This document shows positions 1 through 7,544 of a DNA stretch of 32,000 nucleotides, one piece after another. This DNA comes from Nitrosococcus oceani ATCC 19707 (GTDB taxonomy: Bacteria > Pseudomonadota > Gammaproteobacteria > Nitrosococcales > Nitrosococcaceae): assembly GCF_000012805.1 (NCBI RefSeq), contig NC_007484.1:1470001-1502000 (forward strand), in the 5' to 3' direction. Below the pieces are notes generated by a model. The model was given only the letters and a program-made list of their open reading frames with translations. It was not told the DNA's origin and made no database searches. A program made the position numbers and the translations under genes. The first letter of the stretch is position 1. Each line of letters opens with the position of its first letter.

Positions 1-744
1 CACCGAAAGCAAAATTTTGTTGAGGCGGGAGCGTACCGGAAAATAGTGCCGTTCCTGCTCTGGTGGAACAGTGAATAACTCTTGGATATGCACATTCCGG
101 GGATTTTGGGCCTGCGCCTTAAGGCTGTAAAGAATAGCCAGAGGAACCATAACTGTCCGCGACCAATAGGAGACTTTGCTCAAATGGAAGGGAAACCAAC
201 GGGGCAGAAGCATGATTTCCACGGGAATAAAAGGAACTCCACGCCAGGGAATCTGGCTAAACATGGCCAAGGCAAGGCGGGTGAAAACGTTAGCGCGGGC
301 ACCGCCGCCCTGGGCGAGAATGGCCTCGCGGGCCCGGCGCATGTGGGGCGCATTGGGATCATCCCCGACCAATTTTAGGGCGTAGTAGACTTTCACTGAA
401 CAGCTAATGTCCAAATCGCCCCCTTCGTACAGGGGCCAGCCCCCATGGCTGGCTTGCTTAGCACGCAAGCGAGCGGCGAGTTTACGCTCGATTTCAGGTT
501 CCAGCTCGCCCGTGAAGTGGGTCCAGAGAATATACTCAGCAGGGATGGTGCAATCTGCTTCCAGCATAAAGCACCAATGACCATCCGCTTGCTGGAGTTT
601 GAGTAAAGCATCCCGGGCAGCGGTGATGGCCCCACTGATCTCTCTAGGGTGGGTATCTTGGCCTGAAGTTTCAGTTGCTGGTGAAGCGGCGGCAATACCT
701 ATGGCGCCAGCCGATTCCGGAGCTTGTCGAAGTGCGCGGGTCAT
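1..744 (-). CDS. shc: squalene-hopene cyclase, N-terminal 248 codons; the gene continues beyond the left edge
   Basis: Absent from the ORF track because it has no stop in the window. My reverse-strand translation from the ATG at 744 stays open to position 1: MTRALRQAPES...LQQADGHWCFMLEADCTIPAEYILWTHF...HGGWPLYEGG...YWSRTVMVPLAILYSLKAQ. This matches the conserved N-terminal region of bacterial squalene-hopene cyclases. It starts 36 nt downstream of the sqs stop on the same strand. Confidence 0.85.
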   Translation of the reverse strand, partial: MTRALRQAPESAGAIGIAAASPATETSGQDTHPREISGAITAARDALLKLQQADGHWCFMLEADCTIPAEYILWTHFTGELEPEIERKLAARLRAKQASHGGWPLYEGGDLDISCSVKVYYALKLVGDDPNAPHMRRAREAILAQGGGARANVFTRLALAMFSQIPWRGVPFIPVEIMLLPRWFPFHLSKVSYWSRTVMVPLAILYSLKAQAQNPRNVHIQELFTVPPEQERHYFPVRSRLNKILLSV

Positions 745-780
745 AATGTGATCCCCTTGGGTTTATTAATTCCATGAAGC

Positions 781-1881
781 CTATTTCTCTGGCGACGCTT
801 GCGGCATAGATGTTTGTTTACTGTCGTTGCTATTTACCTTTAGTGGTATAAAAGGTACACCTTTTGACGCAAGATTAAACAGGAATGTTAATACCTTATC
901 GTGATTTGCTGCAATACTTGTTAAGAGTATTGTTGTTTTTACGCTACGGCGGGAGATCTTGACTTGCCAGCTAGCCGAAAAATTCCGACGCCGATGAAGT
1001 TTGCGCAATGTCAGCATGGCAAGGCCAATAGCCCATAGACAAAAACGCCGGATACCTCCTTCTTCCGGGGGAATGAGTAGGGTATAGGTTAAGGCGTTGC
1101 GGAGATGGGCATGGGTGACGCCAATGAGGTGTTGGAGACCATCGCCAAAGGCAGATTGATAGTGGCCGGGCTCAAGGTTATCCAAATTAAAGCCTGCTTG
1201 TTCGAAGACGGTGCGCGGCAGCCAGCAAATCCGCCTTTTTCTATCGTCCCAGATGTCCTTGAGGATGTTGGTCATCTGCAAACCCTGGCCAAAAGAGACC
1301 ATGAGATTGCGTAGAGCTTCACGGTTGCGGTTGATCCCAGGAGAGTAATCACAGAAAAGTTCCGTCAGCATTTCGCCGACGACGCCGGCGACAAAGTAGC
1401 AATATTGGTCCATGGCCTCCATATCGGCTAGGCCTCGTAAGCTGGCGGTATTCTGAAAGCGAGGCATACCGTCGCACATAATGCATACACAGCGTTCCAA
1501 GGCAGCTCGTTGGCGGGGGTTGAAGCTGTAAGTGATCCGGAGAATCCGTGGCGCATTTTGAATAAGTTCCCGTTCGGCAGCTAGGGTATGCTCCGATAGG
1601 AGAGGGTATAGGGAGCAGGCAAAAGATTCAGCCGAGGTTTGCCCCGCGACTACGGTAACGAAAAGGTTGGAAAAGTATTTTTTCTGGGCGATGCTGAGGG
1701 TGGGTTCATCCTCAATGGTATCGGCTATGCGGCACAGGAGATAGCCATTGGCTACCACCTCTTGCAAGGGGGGAGGGAGTTGGGGAATAGTGAGGGCAAA
1801 GGTACGGGAGACGCCAGGAAGAATATAATCCTGGTAGTTTTTATCAGCTGAATCGTAACTAGTATGATAAGAGCCCATCAT
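781..1881 (-). CDS. sqs: squalene synthase (farnesyl-diphosphate farnesyltransferase), trans-isoprenyl diphosphate synthase head-to-head family
   Basis: 366 aa ORF. The first Asp-rich box is YLLCRIADTIEDE and the second acidic box is NILKDIWDDRKR. The length is typical of single-enzyme SQS rather than the shorter HpnC/HpnD. It lies directly upstream of shc. Confidence 0.85.
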   Translation of the reverse strand: MMGSYHTSYDSADKNYQDYILPGVSRTFALTIPQLPPPLQEVVANGYLLCRIADTIEDEPTLSIAQKKYFSNLFVTVVAGQTSAESFACSLYPLLSEHTLAAERELIQNAPRILRITYSFNPRQRAALERCVCIMCDGMPRFQNTASLRGLADMEAMDQYCYFVAGVVGEMLTELFCDYSPGINRNREALRNLMVSFGQGLQMTNILKDIWDDRKRRICWLPRTVFEQAGFNLDNLEPGHYQSAFGDGLQHLIGVTHAHLRNALTYTLLIPPEEGGIRRFCLWAIGLAMLTLRKLHRRRNFSASWQVKISRRSVKTTILLTSIAANHDKVLTFLFNLASKGVPFIPLKVNSNDSKQTSMPQASPEK

Positions 1882-2172
1882 TATTTACAAGGAGGCGCTA
1901 TTATTTTCCTGGTTGTTAAGGACGTGTTGAGAAATGTGGTTACGTGTTCCGAAGCTTAATATTACCGGAATGGCAAGGGTAAGTCTCCATGGAGGGTATA
2001 ATTTTAAGGAAAAAGTATTTATTTTTTCTTCTGGAGCTTGCCAGAGATATTATACGATGCTTTTTCTCAACGATGATATGCGGTTGAAAGGGCGTAGAAG
2101 CATTAAAGTGCGAGGGATAGCGCGCAATCCCGGTATGCTGGAGGGTGTTAGCTTGATGGAGGCGATGATTGG

Positions 2173-3081
2173 ATGACTGCCATTAGGAAGCACCGCCGAA
2201 ACCCGAATGGCGGCGAGCCAGAAAGATCTGTTGGAGGGGCGGGAGCGGATAAGCGGGTTCCCTTAAAAAAGCTGGCTTTAACTATACTGCTTCTAGGCTT
2301 GGTGGTTTTAGCCTGGTTGGGTACCCTCAGCCAGTACGGGGAGGATTATATTGACCGGGTTTTTACGCAGGCACTGACTACATTTGCGGTAGCACGGGCC
2401 TTGAATGGGGTGATTTCCGTGGCCCAGGGCACCAAATTGGCTGTTGAACCGGCAGGCGTGGGAGCGAATTTTGCGCTGGGAGAAGTGCTCGATCCTATCA
2501 ATGACCTTATCGAGCGTTTTTCCTGGGTCATGCTGGCCAGCACCACTGCTTTGGGTCTACAAAAGCTGTTGCTGGAGATGGCAGGTTGGTGGGGAATACG
2601 CATTTTTCTACTTGGCTCAGCACTATTGTTTATGGCCTGCCTGTGGTGGCCGGCCCGTATTTATTGGCAGTTCTCTCCCTGGGTAAAGCAATTATTACTG
2701 ATGGCTTTACTCCTTAATTTCGCTGTGCCCACGGTGGCTTTTCTTAGCGGCCAGGTGTTTGAAGATTTTATCAGGGAGAAACAGCAAGTCTCAATGAGAG
2801 CTCTAGAGCGGGAGAGTCAGGAGTTCAAGCGGATTGAAGAATCGTTGCCGTCTGAGGAAGACCGGATAAAGGAGCAGACCTGGCAGGAGAAATTATCCCA
2901 GCTAATGGGAGGAATGCGGAAATCTTTGGATTTCGAGGCAGAGATTCAACGGTTAAAGGTAAAATCGGAAGAGATTGCCGAGCATGTGATTGCTTTGATT
3001 GTGGTTTTTGTTTTACAGACGATTATTCTTCCCTTACTGCTAATCTGGTTATTACTGCGGGCTATCAGAATCATCCAGTGA
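2173..3081 (+). CDS. hypothetical multi-pass membrane protein with a charged coiled-coil-like segment
   Basis: 302 aa ORF. GGAGG lies 10 nt upstream of the ATG. There are several hydrophobic helices (LALTILLLGLVVLAWL, IFLLGSALLFMACLWW, LLLMALLLNFAVPTVAFL, ALIVVFVLQTIILPLLLIWLLL). A long E/K/R/Q-rich stretch (REKQQVSMRALERESQEFKRIEESLPSEEDRIKEQ...) sits before the last helix. I recognise no family. Confidence 0.6.
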   Translation: MTAIRKHRRNPNGGEPERSVGGAGADKRVPLKKLALTILLLGLVVLAWLGTLSQYGEDYIDRVFTQALTTFAVARALNGVISVAQGTKLAVEPAGVGANFALGEVLDPINDLIERFSWVMLASTTALGLQKLLLEMAGWWGIRIFLLGSALLFMACLWWPARIYWQFSPWVKQLLLMALLLNFAVPTVAFLSGQVFEDFIREKQQVSMRALERESQEFKRIEESLPSEEDRIKEQTWQEKLSQLMGGMRKSLDFEAEIQRLKVKSEEIAEHVIALIVVFVLQTIILPLLLIWLLLRAIRIIQ

Positions 3082-3103
3082 GCTGGGTACAAACCAATCC
3101 TGC

Positions 3104-3135
3104 CTCCGGAGCACAAAGATCCTTTGGTGCTGGAG
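3104..3135. terminator. imperfect hairpin between convergent genes (possible bidirectional terminator)
   Basis: ctccggagcacaaag-atc-ctttggtgctggag forms a stem with two small bulges. It lies between the stop of the 2173..3081 gene and the stop of the peroxiredoxin gene. There is no strong U-tract. Confidence 0.3.
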
Positions 3136-3190
3136 CAAGCTTCTTTAGGCGAGCTAGGGGAGGGAATCCCCCCCGCTCAATAGCGAAAGT

Positions 3191-3763
3191 TCAGCCGACA
3201 AATGCGCGCCGTGGCTCCGATACTTCCGTTGGCTCCTCTCCCTTGAGGGCAGCTAGCATGGTATCGGCATCGGAAACCTGGAAGGGATCAGTGGGGCAGT
3301 TATCGGAAAAGTCAGGTTCCACGAATAATTCTTCAATCTTTCCATCATCTACCAGCATGGAGTAACGCCAGGCACGCATGCCAAAGCCAAGGTTGCTCTT
3401 ATCTACCAGCATCCCCATCTTGCGGGTAAACTCGCCATTGCCATCGGGCAACATTTTGACTTTCTTCGCTTCCATATGGCGGCTCCATTGGAACATGACA
3501 AAGGCATCGTTCACCGAGATACAATAAATTTCATCTATCCCCATGGCCTTGAATTCATCATAAAGTTCCTCATAACGGGGTAGATGGTTGGATGAGCAAG
3601 TTGGCGTGAAGGCCCCGGGCAAGGAGAAAACAATCACCTTCTTGCCGGCAAAAATTTCCTTGCTGGTGATATCCTGCCAGCGATAAGGATTGGAGCCTTC
3701 AAGGGATTCATCTCTGACCCGGGTTTTAAAGGTGGCGTCAGGAACATATTCTATTCTGTGCAT
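3191..3763 (-). CDS. peroxiredoxin, Prx5/type-2 (AhpC/TSA superfamily)
   Basis: 190 aa ORF with the peroxidatic Cys motif PGAFTPTCS and the downstream ISVNDAFVM pattern typical of Prx5-like peroxiredoxins. Confidence 0.85.
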   Translation of the reverse strand: MHRIEYVPDATFKTRVRDESLEGSNPYRWQDITSKEIFAGKKVIVFSLPGAFTPTCSSNHLPRYEELYDEFKAMGIDEIYCISVNDAFVMFQWSRHMEAKKVKMLPDGNGEFTRKMGMLVDKSNLGFGMRAWRYSMLVDDGKIEELFVEPDFSDNCPTDPFQVSDADTMLAALKGEEPTEVSEPRRAFVG

Positions 3764-4109
3764 GTTCTACTCTCCTTAGATGCGCCATGCTTGAATAAAC
3801 CACCCCGATGCCTTTTAGGCGCAATAGCGACGGCATCCAGGTGAATGAGTGATAATTGCAAGGTTTTCTTTTAAGACGGTTTAAATATCTTAATTAACCA
3901 TAGCTCATGAGATGCTTTCCAGCAAATTTTAGATGAGAAGCAGGGAAGGCGCAGCGTTGCTTTTCCCCAAGTTACGCTATTTAGCAAGACATAGTTCCGT
4001 TCATGAACCGACTCAGCGTCTCTGCCATCCGCTATTTCAATCAAAAAATAGACTATTGGGTAATTAAAAAGTTGGCAATTAGCTAGGACGAAATGGCCGC
4101 TTGGGGCTC

Positions 4110-4682
4110 CTACCACCAAAATCCATAGGGCCAACCATAATAGCCATAAAAATTTCCATAATATGGGTAAGGTCCGTAGAACCAAGGATTGTATCGTTCA
4201 TAGCTATAATAGTCGGAGCGAGGTTTCCATAGGTAGGATGAATCCACCGTAATAACTGGGAATTGGTAAGGAAATTCGCCGATGGAGTGGGTCTCTATGC
4301 CACTCACGGTACCAAAGATTGTCAGATCCTGTTTTACGCTGTAGATAGCTGGATCAAGAAATCCTTTAAATTTAGCAATGAAGCGTCCCTCGCTCTGACT
4401 ATAATCCTTGGGCCGCCCCTCGCTATCAAGTTGATGGGAGATTACCTCAATAGAGGTTTCGGATTTACCATTCTGAATGGCGGTAATGGTGCCACCCCAT
4501 CGCACCTGGGTTTCCATATAATGGCTTACATCGGCACGGACTTCCGCTACGCTTGGATTTTCCGGGGGAGGGATGCGGATGACCACCGGTACTTGGCTTG
4601 CGCAGCCGACCCCCCATAGCCCCACGAAGACTATTCCTATTTTCCAGTTTAGAAGCATCTTTCGAATCAACATGATCTGCAC
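4110..4682 (-). CDS. slp: Slp family outer-membrane lipoprotein
   Basis: 190 aa ORF. Lipobox LWGVGC follows a hydrophobic signal. The Slp signature VRWGGTI is present, and the C-terminal tail is rich in Tyr, Gly, Trp and Pro. The true start may be an internal ATG (MLLNWK...). Confidence 0.8.
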   Translation of the reverse strand: MQIMLIRKMLLNWKIGIVFVGLWGVGCASQVPVVIRIPPPENPSVAEVRADVSHYMETQVRWGGTITAIQNGKSETSIEVISHQLDSEGRPKDYSQSEGRFIAKFKGFLDPAIYSVKQDLTIFGTVSGIETHSIGEFPYQFPVITVDSSYLWKPRSDYYSYERYNPWFYGPYPYYGNFYGYYGWPYGFWW

Positions 4683-4685
4683 TCA

Positions 4686-4727
4686 AGACTATAAAAATAG
4701 TCTACTTTGTATAAAAATAGACTATTT
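4686..4727. promoter_or_regulatory. repeated AT-rich motif immediately upstream of slp (possible operator/promoter element)
   Basis: agactat-aaaa-atagtct (7-4-7 inverted repeat, 4686..4703) is followed 20 bp later by a near-direct copy, tataaaaatagactat (4710..4725). A third copy, aaaaaatagactattggg, sits at 4043..4060 just past the slp stop. Confidence 0.25.
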
Positions 4728-4865
4728 ATGGGATCCAATACATAGTTGGATGAGCGGAAGACGCTTTGCCCAAGCAGACAAAATGCTTCTGAAGGGCCTG
4801 TACTCGATAATTTAAAGTGGTCGCCGCCGAAAGGAAAGCCCTTCGCTGGACGGCTCCATTAGATA

Positions 4866-5726
4866 TTAATCCCTATTAGGCCATTGGCGGCGATTGATGG
4901 CATAGTCGGTTATTCGGCCAATGAAGGGCAACCGCAGCATTCCCGGCAGCCAGGCGCAGTGGCAGAGATTGCGAAAAGTATGGATGCCAATGTCCATAGT
5001 CTTATGGCCTGCGCGGGGTTGATCGCGGTAGGTGCCGAGCAGCCGATCCCACCAAGGCAGGTTGAAGCCAAAGTTGGAATTGGTCTCATCGTCTTCCACG
5101 GAATGATGTACGCGGTGCATATCAGGGGTCACCAAAAACCTGCGTAGTATTTTATCCAACGGGATAGGGAGATATACATTACTATGATTGAACATGGAAG
5201 TGGCATTCAGCAGAATTTCGAAGATGATGACCGCTACCACAGGCGGCCCTAGTACCGCAATGGCGGTAAATTTGATCCCCATAGACAGCACTATTTCCAG
5301 GGGATGGAAACGGATCCCAGTGGTGAGATCAAAGTCGAGATCGGCATGGTGGACCCGGTGGAGTCGCCACAGAGCGGGTACGGCATGGAACATGACATGC
5401 TGAAGCCAAATAGCAAAGTCCAGTATTAGCACCGAAAGGGCAACAGCCCACCAGAGGGGAAGTGGATAGATATTGAAAAGACCCCAATTGTGTTCGGAAG
5501 CGAACACCGCCATACCTACCGCAGCGGCGGGGAAAAGCCACCGTAAAAGGAGAGTATTAAAGAATACCAGGGCGAGGTTGTTCAGCCACCGCACCGGTTT
5601 GGATACGGAGAGCTTGCGCCGGGGGGCGGCGAGTTCCCATAGTGCCATGAGGCCGAAAATGCCAAGAAAAAATCCCAAGCGAAGGGGTATCTCCTGGGAG
5701 AGGATAAACTCACTCAAATTCGCCAT
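4866..5726 (-). CDS. fatty acid hydroxylase superfamily / sterol desaturase family membrane protein
   Basis: 286 aa ORF with several hydrophobic helices and the di-iron histidine boxes HVMFH, HRVHHAD and HRVHHSVE. Confidence 0.8.
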   Translation of the reverse strand: MANLSEFILSQEIPLRLGFFLGIFGLMALWELAAPRRKLSVSKPVRWLNNLALVFFNTLLLRWLFPAAAVGMAVFASEHNWGLFNIYPLPLWWAVALSVLILDFAIWLQHVMFHAVPALWRLHRVHHADLDFDLTTGIRFHPLEIVLSMGIKFTAIAVLGPPVVAVIIFEILLNATSMFNHSNVYLPIPLDKILRRFLVTPDMHRVHHSVEDDETNSNFGFNLPWWDRLLGTYRDQPRAGHKTMDIGIHTFRNLCHCAWLPGMLRLPFIGRITDYAINRRQWPNRD

Positions 5727-5890
5727 CCCGTTGTGGTATTCGCTTCATTATAAATCACCCTGGGCATAAGCCGTGGTTTAGAGGCATCTTTGTGGTGGAG
5801 CTCTCAGCACGCGCCAAGAGGTCATATAGTTTTGCTTCATAAAGGTTTAAAGGGATAATTGCGGCTGTAATGGTTTTGCAACAGTGAAGC

Positions 5891-6625
5891 CTATTGGCCA
5901 TAGCGCCCATCATCCGTTATCAATTCCCACACATCGGGACGTTCCAGTTTAACCTGGGATAACATCGGGGCGAGTTCCGCGTAGCAGGGTTGGCGCCAGC
6001 CATGGTACTCAATAAGAGGCCCTGAATTTATAAAATGGATACCTACTCGCTTCAGCATACGCAACAGCGCTGGCTCCATTACCGCGCTCCAATGGGTAAC
6101 GCCATATTTGTAACTATTACCCACTAAGGCTTGGATCAGCCCCAAGCATAGATGGGGTATCTTTCTTCCCTGTTCCCTTGCTTGCGCTTCATGCCACTCG
6201 GTGCTAACTCCACTTGGAGAGCTGGCTTCACCAAGGCGCCGTCTAAAATTTTTAGACACGGCAAACCGGGATACCTCCGCTAACGTAGAACGCGGCAGTA
6301 AATTAAGGTCGTTCAGCAGAGGTTCCCGGCACAGCTGGTTGATAGGGAGCGCTAACGCTGGATTATCCTCGGAGGGGAGAACCAATCTCACCGTGCCCGC
6401 AGTAAGGCTTGTCTGCCGGTGTACTAACAAACTGTGGATGGAACAGTCATCAAATGGGTCCTTTTCTAACCCATCAGGGTGATGAGATGAGTCTTCAAAT
6501 GGATTTTCCACGCAATATACTTGAAAACGGAGCCGATAGACTTCGGCGAGTTGCTCTGGCGCTTCATCGACTTGCGGATAAATTTCAAAGTATTTTTTGT
6601 AAATCTCGGCGAGTGATTCAGTCAT
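5891..6625 (-). CDS. LuxI-fold/GNAT-related N-acyltransferase of the 'PEP-CTERM/exosortase system-associated acyltransferase' (N-acyl amino acid synthase-like) type
   Basis: 244 aa ORF. The blocks YRLRFQVYCVE, GTVRLVL, AEVSRFAVSKNFRRR and GVTHWSAVMEPALLRMLKRVGIHF match what I remember of TIGR03694-type proteins. This is recognition from memory, not a search. Confidence 0.7.
   Translation of the reverse strand: MTESLAEIYKKYFEIYPQVDEAPEQLAEVYRLRFQVYCVENPFEDSSHHPDGLEKDPFDDCSIHSLLVHRQTSLTAGTVRLVLPSEDNPALALPINQLCREPLLNDLNLLPRSTLAEVSRFAVSKNFRRRLGEASSPSGVSTEWHEAQAREQGRKIPHLCLGLIQALVGNSYKYGVTHWSAVMEPALLRMLKRVGIHFINSGPLIEYHGWRQPCYAELAPMLSQVKLERPDVWELITDDGRYGQ
6026..6400. repeat. copy 1 of a 375 bp dispersed direct repeat (internal part of the acyltransferase gene)
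   Basis: It aligns base for base with 12643..13017. My manual alignment found 11 substitutions and no indels. Confidence 0.9.
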
Positions 6626-6801
6626 TTTTTTCTCCTGGAAACCTTATCCCTTATGGTATTGGCACCTAATTTCATAGGGTTTAATAAACTTTAAATGAAG
6701 CCTAAGATCAAGTGAGGCATACATAGTGCCAATTTTCATATCGGTTTAGAGATGGCGGCAAAGAATACTTCCCATGGATACCCGCCAAGATCGCCAATTT
6801 C

Positions 6802-6841
6802 ACGACGCTTTATCGTCAATAGATTGACGATAAAGCGTCGT
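6802..6841. repeat. perfect 40 bp palindrome (19 bp arms, 2 nt centre)
   Basis: acgacgctttatcgtcaat-ag-attgacgataaagcgtcgt. It lies about 180 bp upstream of the acyltransferase start in an AT-rich gap. No flanking T-run on either strand, so it is unlikely to be an intrinsic terminator. Confidence 0.9.
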
Positions 6842-7136
6842 AAATCCGACAACTACTTCTGCCCAAAGATTTAAAGAATCATTTCTCCTAATCTTTTATC
6901 CTAGCGACTTGCGCTTCTTCCCCACGTACGGTTGCTTATCAGCGCAGAGAAATGATTAAGCAGCGTCAAATCAATGCGGTTTTTACGCTAGATGTTTAGC
7001 CATTATTCTTCCCAGCATGAGCCCCATTCCATAAAATGGTATTTTATTTGTATGTTATATCCTTTAAAGGACCAAAGTAAGTAAAAAACGTGGCTTATAG
7101 CTGCTCCTCGTTTTCCTGTTATCTAAAGAGAACGAT

Positions 7137-7235
7137 ATGATTGCTTGGTATTGGTCGATTATCATCCTCTGGATGGGGTTATTGATAGGTATCTGCATAA
7201 TATCCCTCTTTATCCACGGAGAAGATGACAAATGA
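7137..7235 (+). CDS. candidate 32 aa single-helix membrane mini-protein (speculative)
   Basis: It translates as MIAWYWSIIILWMGLLIGICIISLFIHGEDDK. Its stop overlaps (ATGA) the start of a 9-codon ORF (7232..7261). That ORF's stop in turn overlaps (TAATG) a 33 aa ORF (7261..7362). The RBS is weak (aagaga). Confidence 0.25.
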   Translation: MIAWYWSIIILWMGLLIGICIISLFIHGEDDK

Positions 7236-7544
7236 AAACTATTTCTGTACGGTCTTCATAATGTTTGGAGAGATTATTACCACGCCTACCAAACATCAGG
7301 GCCGATTCGCGAAAGGGAGAAGCAGCATTTTACTTACTGTTATTTACTGGCTAAGCAAATAAACTCCACAACCGAATGTCATTTCCCTTCTACTCACCTA
7401 CGGACTCGGTAGGGGGCAAAAGCATAAAGCGGTAGAAGGCACGGAGAGGCGAACGCAAAGCGTTTCTTTCAGCGGGTGCTAATTAGATTCCGTTTGAGAG
7501 CAGAATAGGATTATTTAAAATTGCAATGTAATCAGGAGGAAATA

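Noticed and set aside
82-695. ORF-track entries 82..378(+), 176..385(+), 180..362(-) and 393..695(-) as separate small genes
   Set aside because: The whole 1..744 region is covered by one uninterrupted minus-strand frame with clear squalene-hopene cyclase sequence. The listed ORFs are shadow frames with no recognisable protein features.
1934-2176. 80 aa ORF in the sqs / membrane-protein divergent intergenic region
   Set aside because: It has no RBS and no recognisable motif, and its composition is typical of AT-rich spacer. It ends overlapping the better-supported start at 2173.
3871-4185. 104 aa minus-strand ORF overlapping the 3' end of slp
   Set aside because: It overlaps slp in another frame, runs through the AT-rich intergenic region, and has no RBS or recognisable domain.
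4110-4220. Extreme Tyr/Gly/Trp/Pro-rich C-terminal tail of Slp (YYSYERYNPWFYGPYPYYGNFYGYYGWPYGFWW) as a novel feature
   Set aside because: E. coli Slp, as I recall it, also ends with an aromatic- and Gly-rich segment. This looks like a family trait, merely exaggerated here.
7414-7460. Possible c-di-GMP-I (GEMM-I) riboswitch upstream of the KaiC/EAL operon, prompted by GGCAAA ... ACGCAAAGC
   Set aside because: Only these two short strings resemble the GEMM-I consensus. I could not fold the intervening sequence into the expected GNRA-capped helix or find the P1 and second-hairpin pairings. ACGCAAAGC is explained more simply as part of the local hairpin gaacgc-aaa-gcgttt. A cmscan with RF01051 would settle it.
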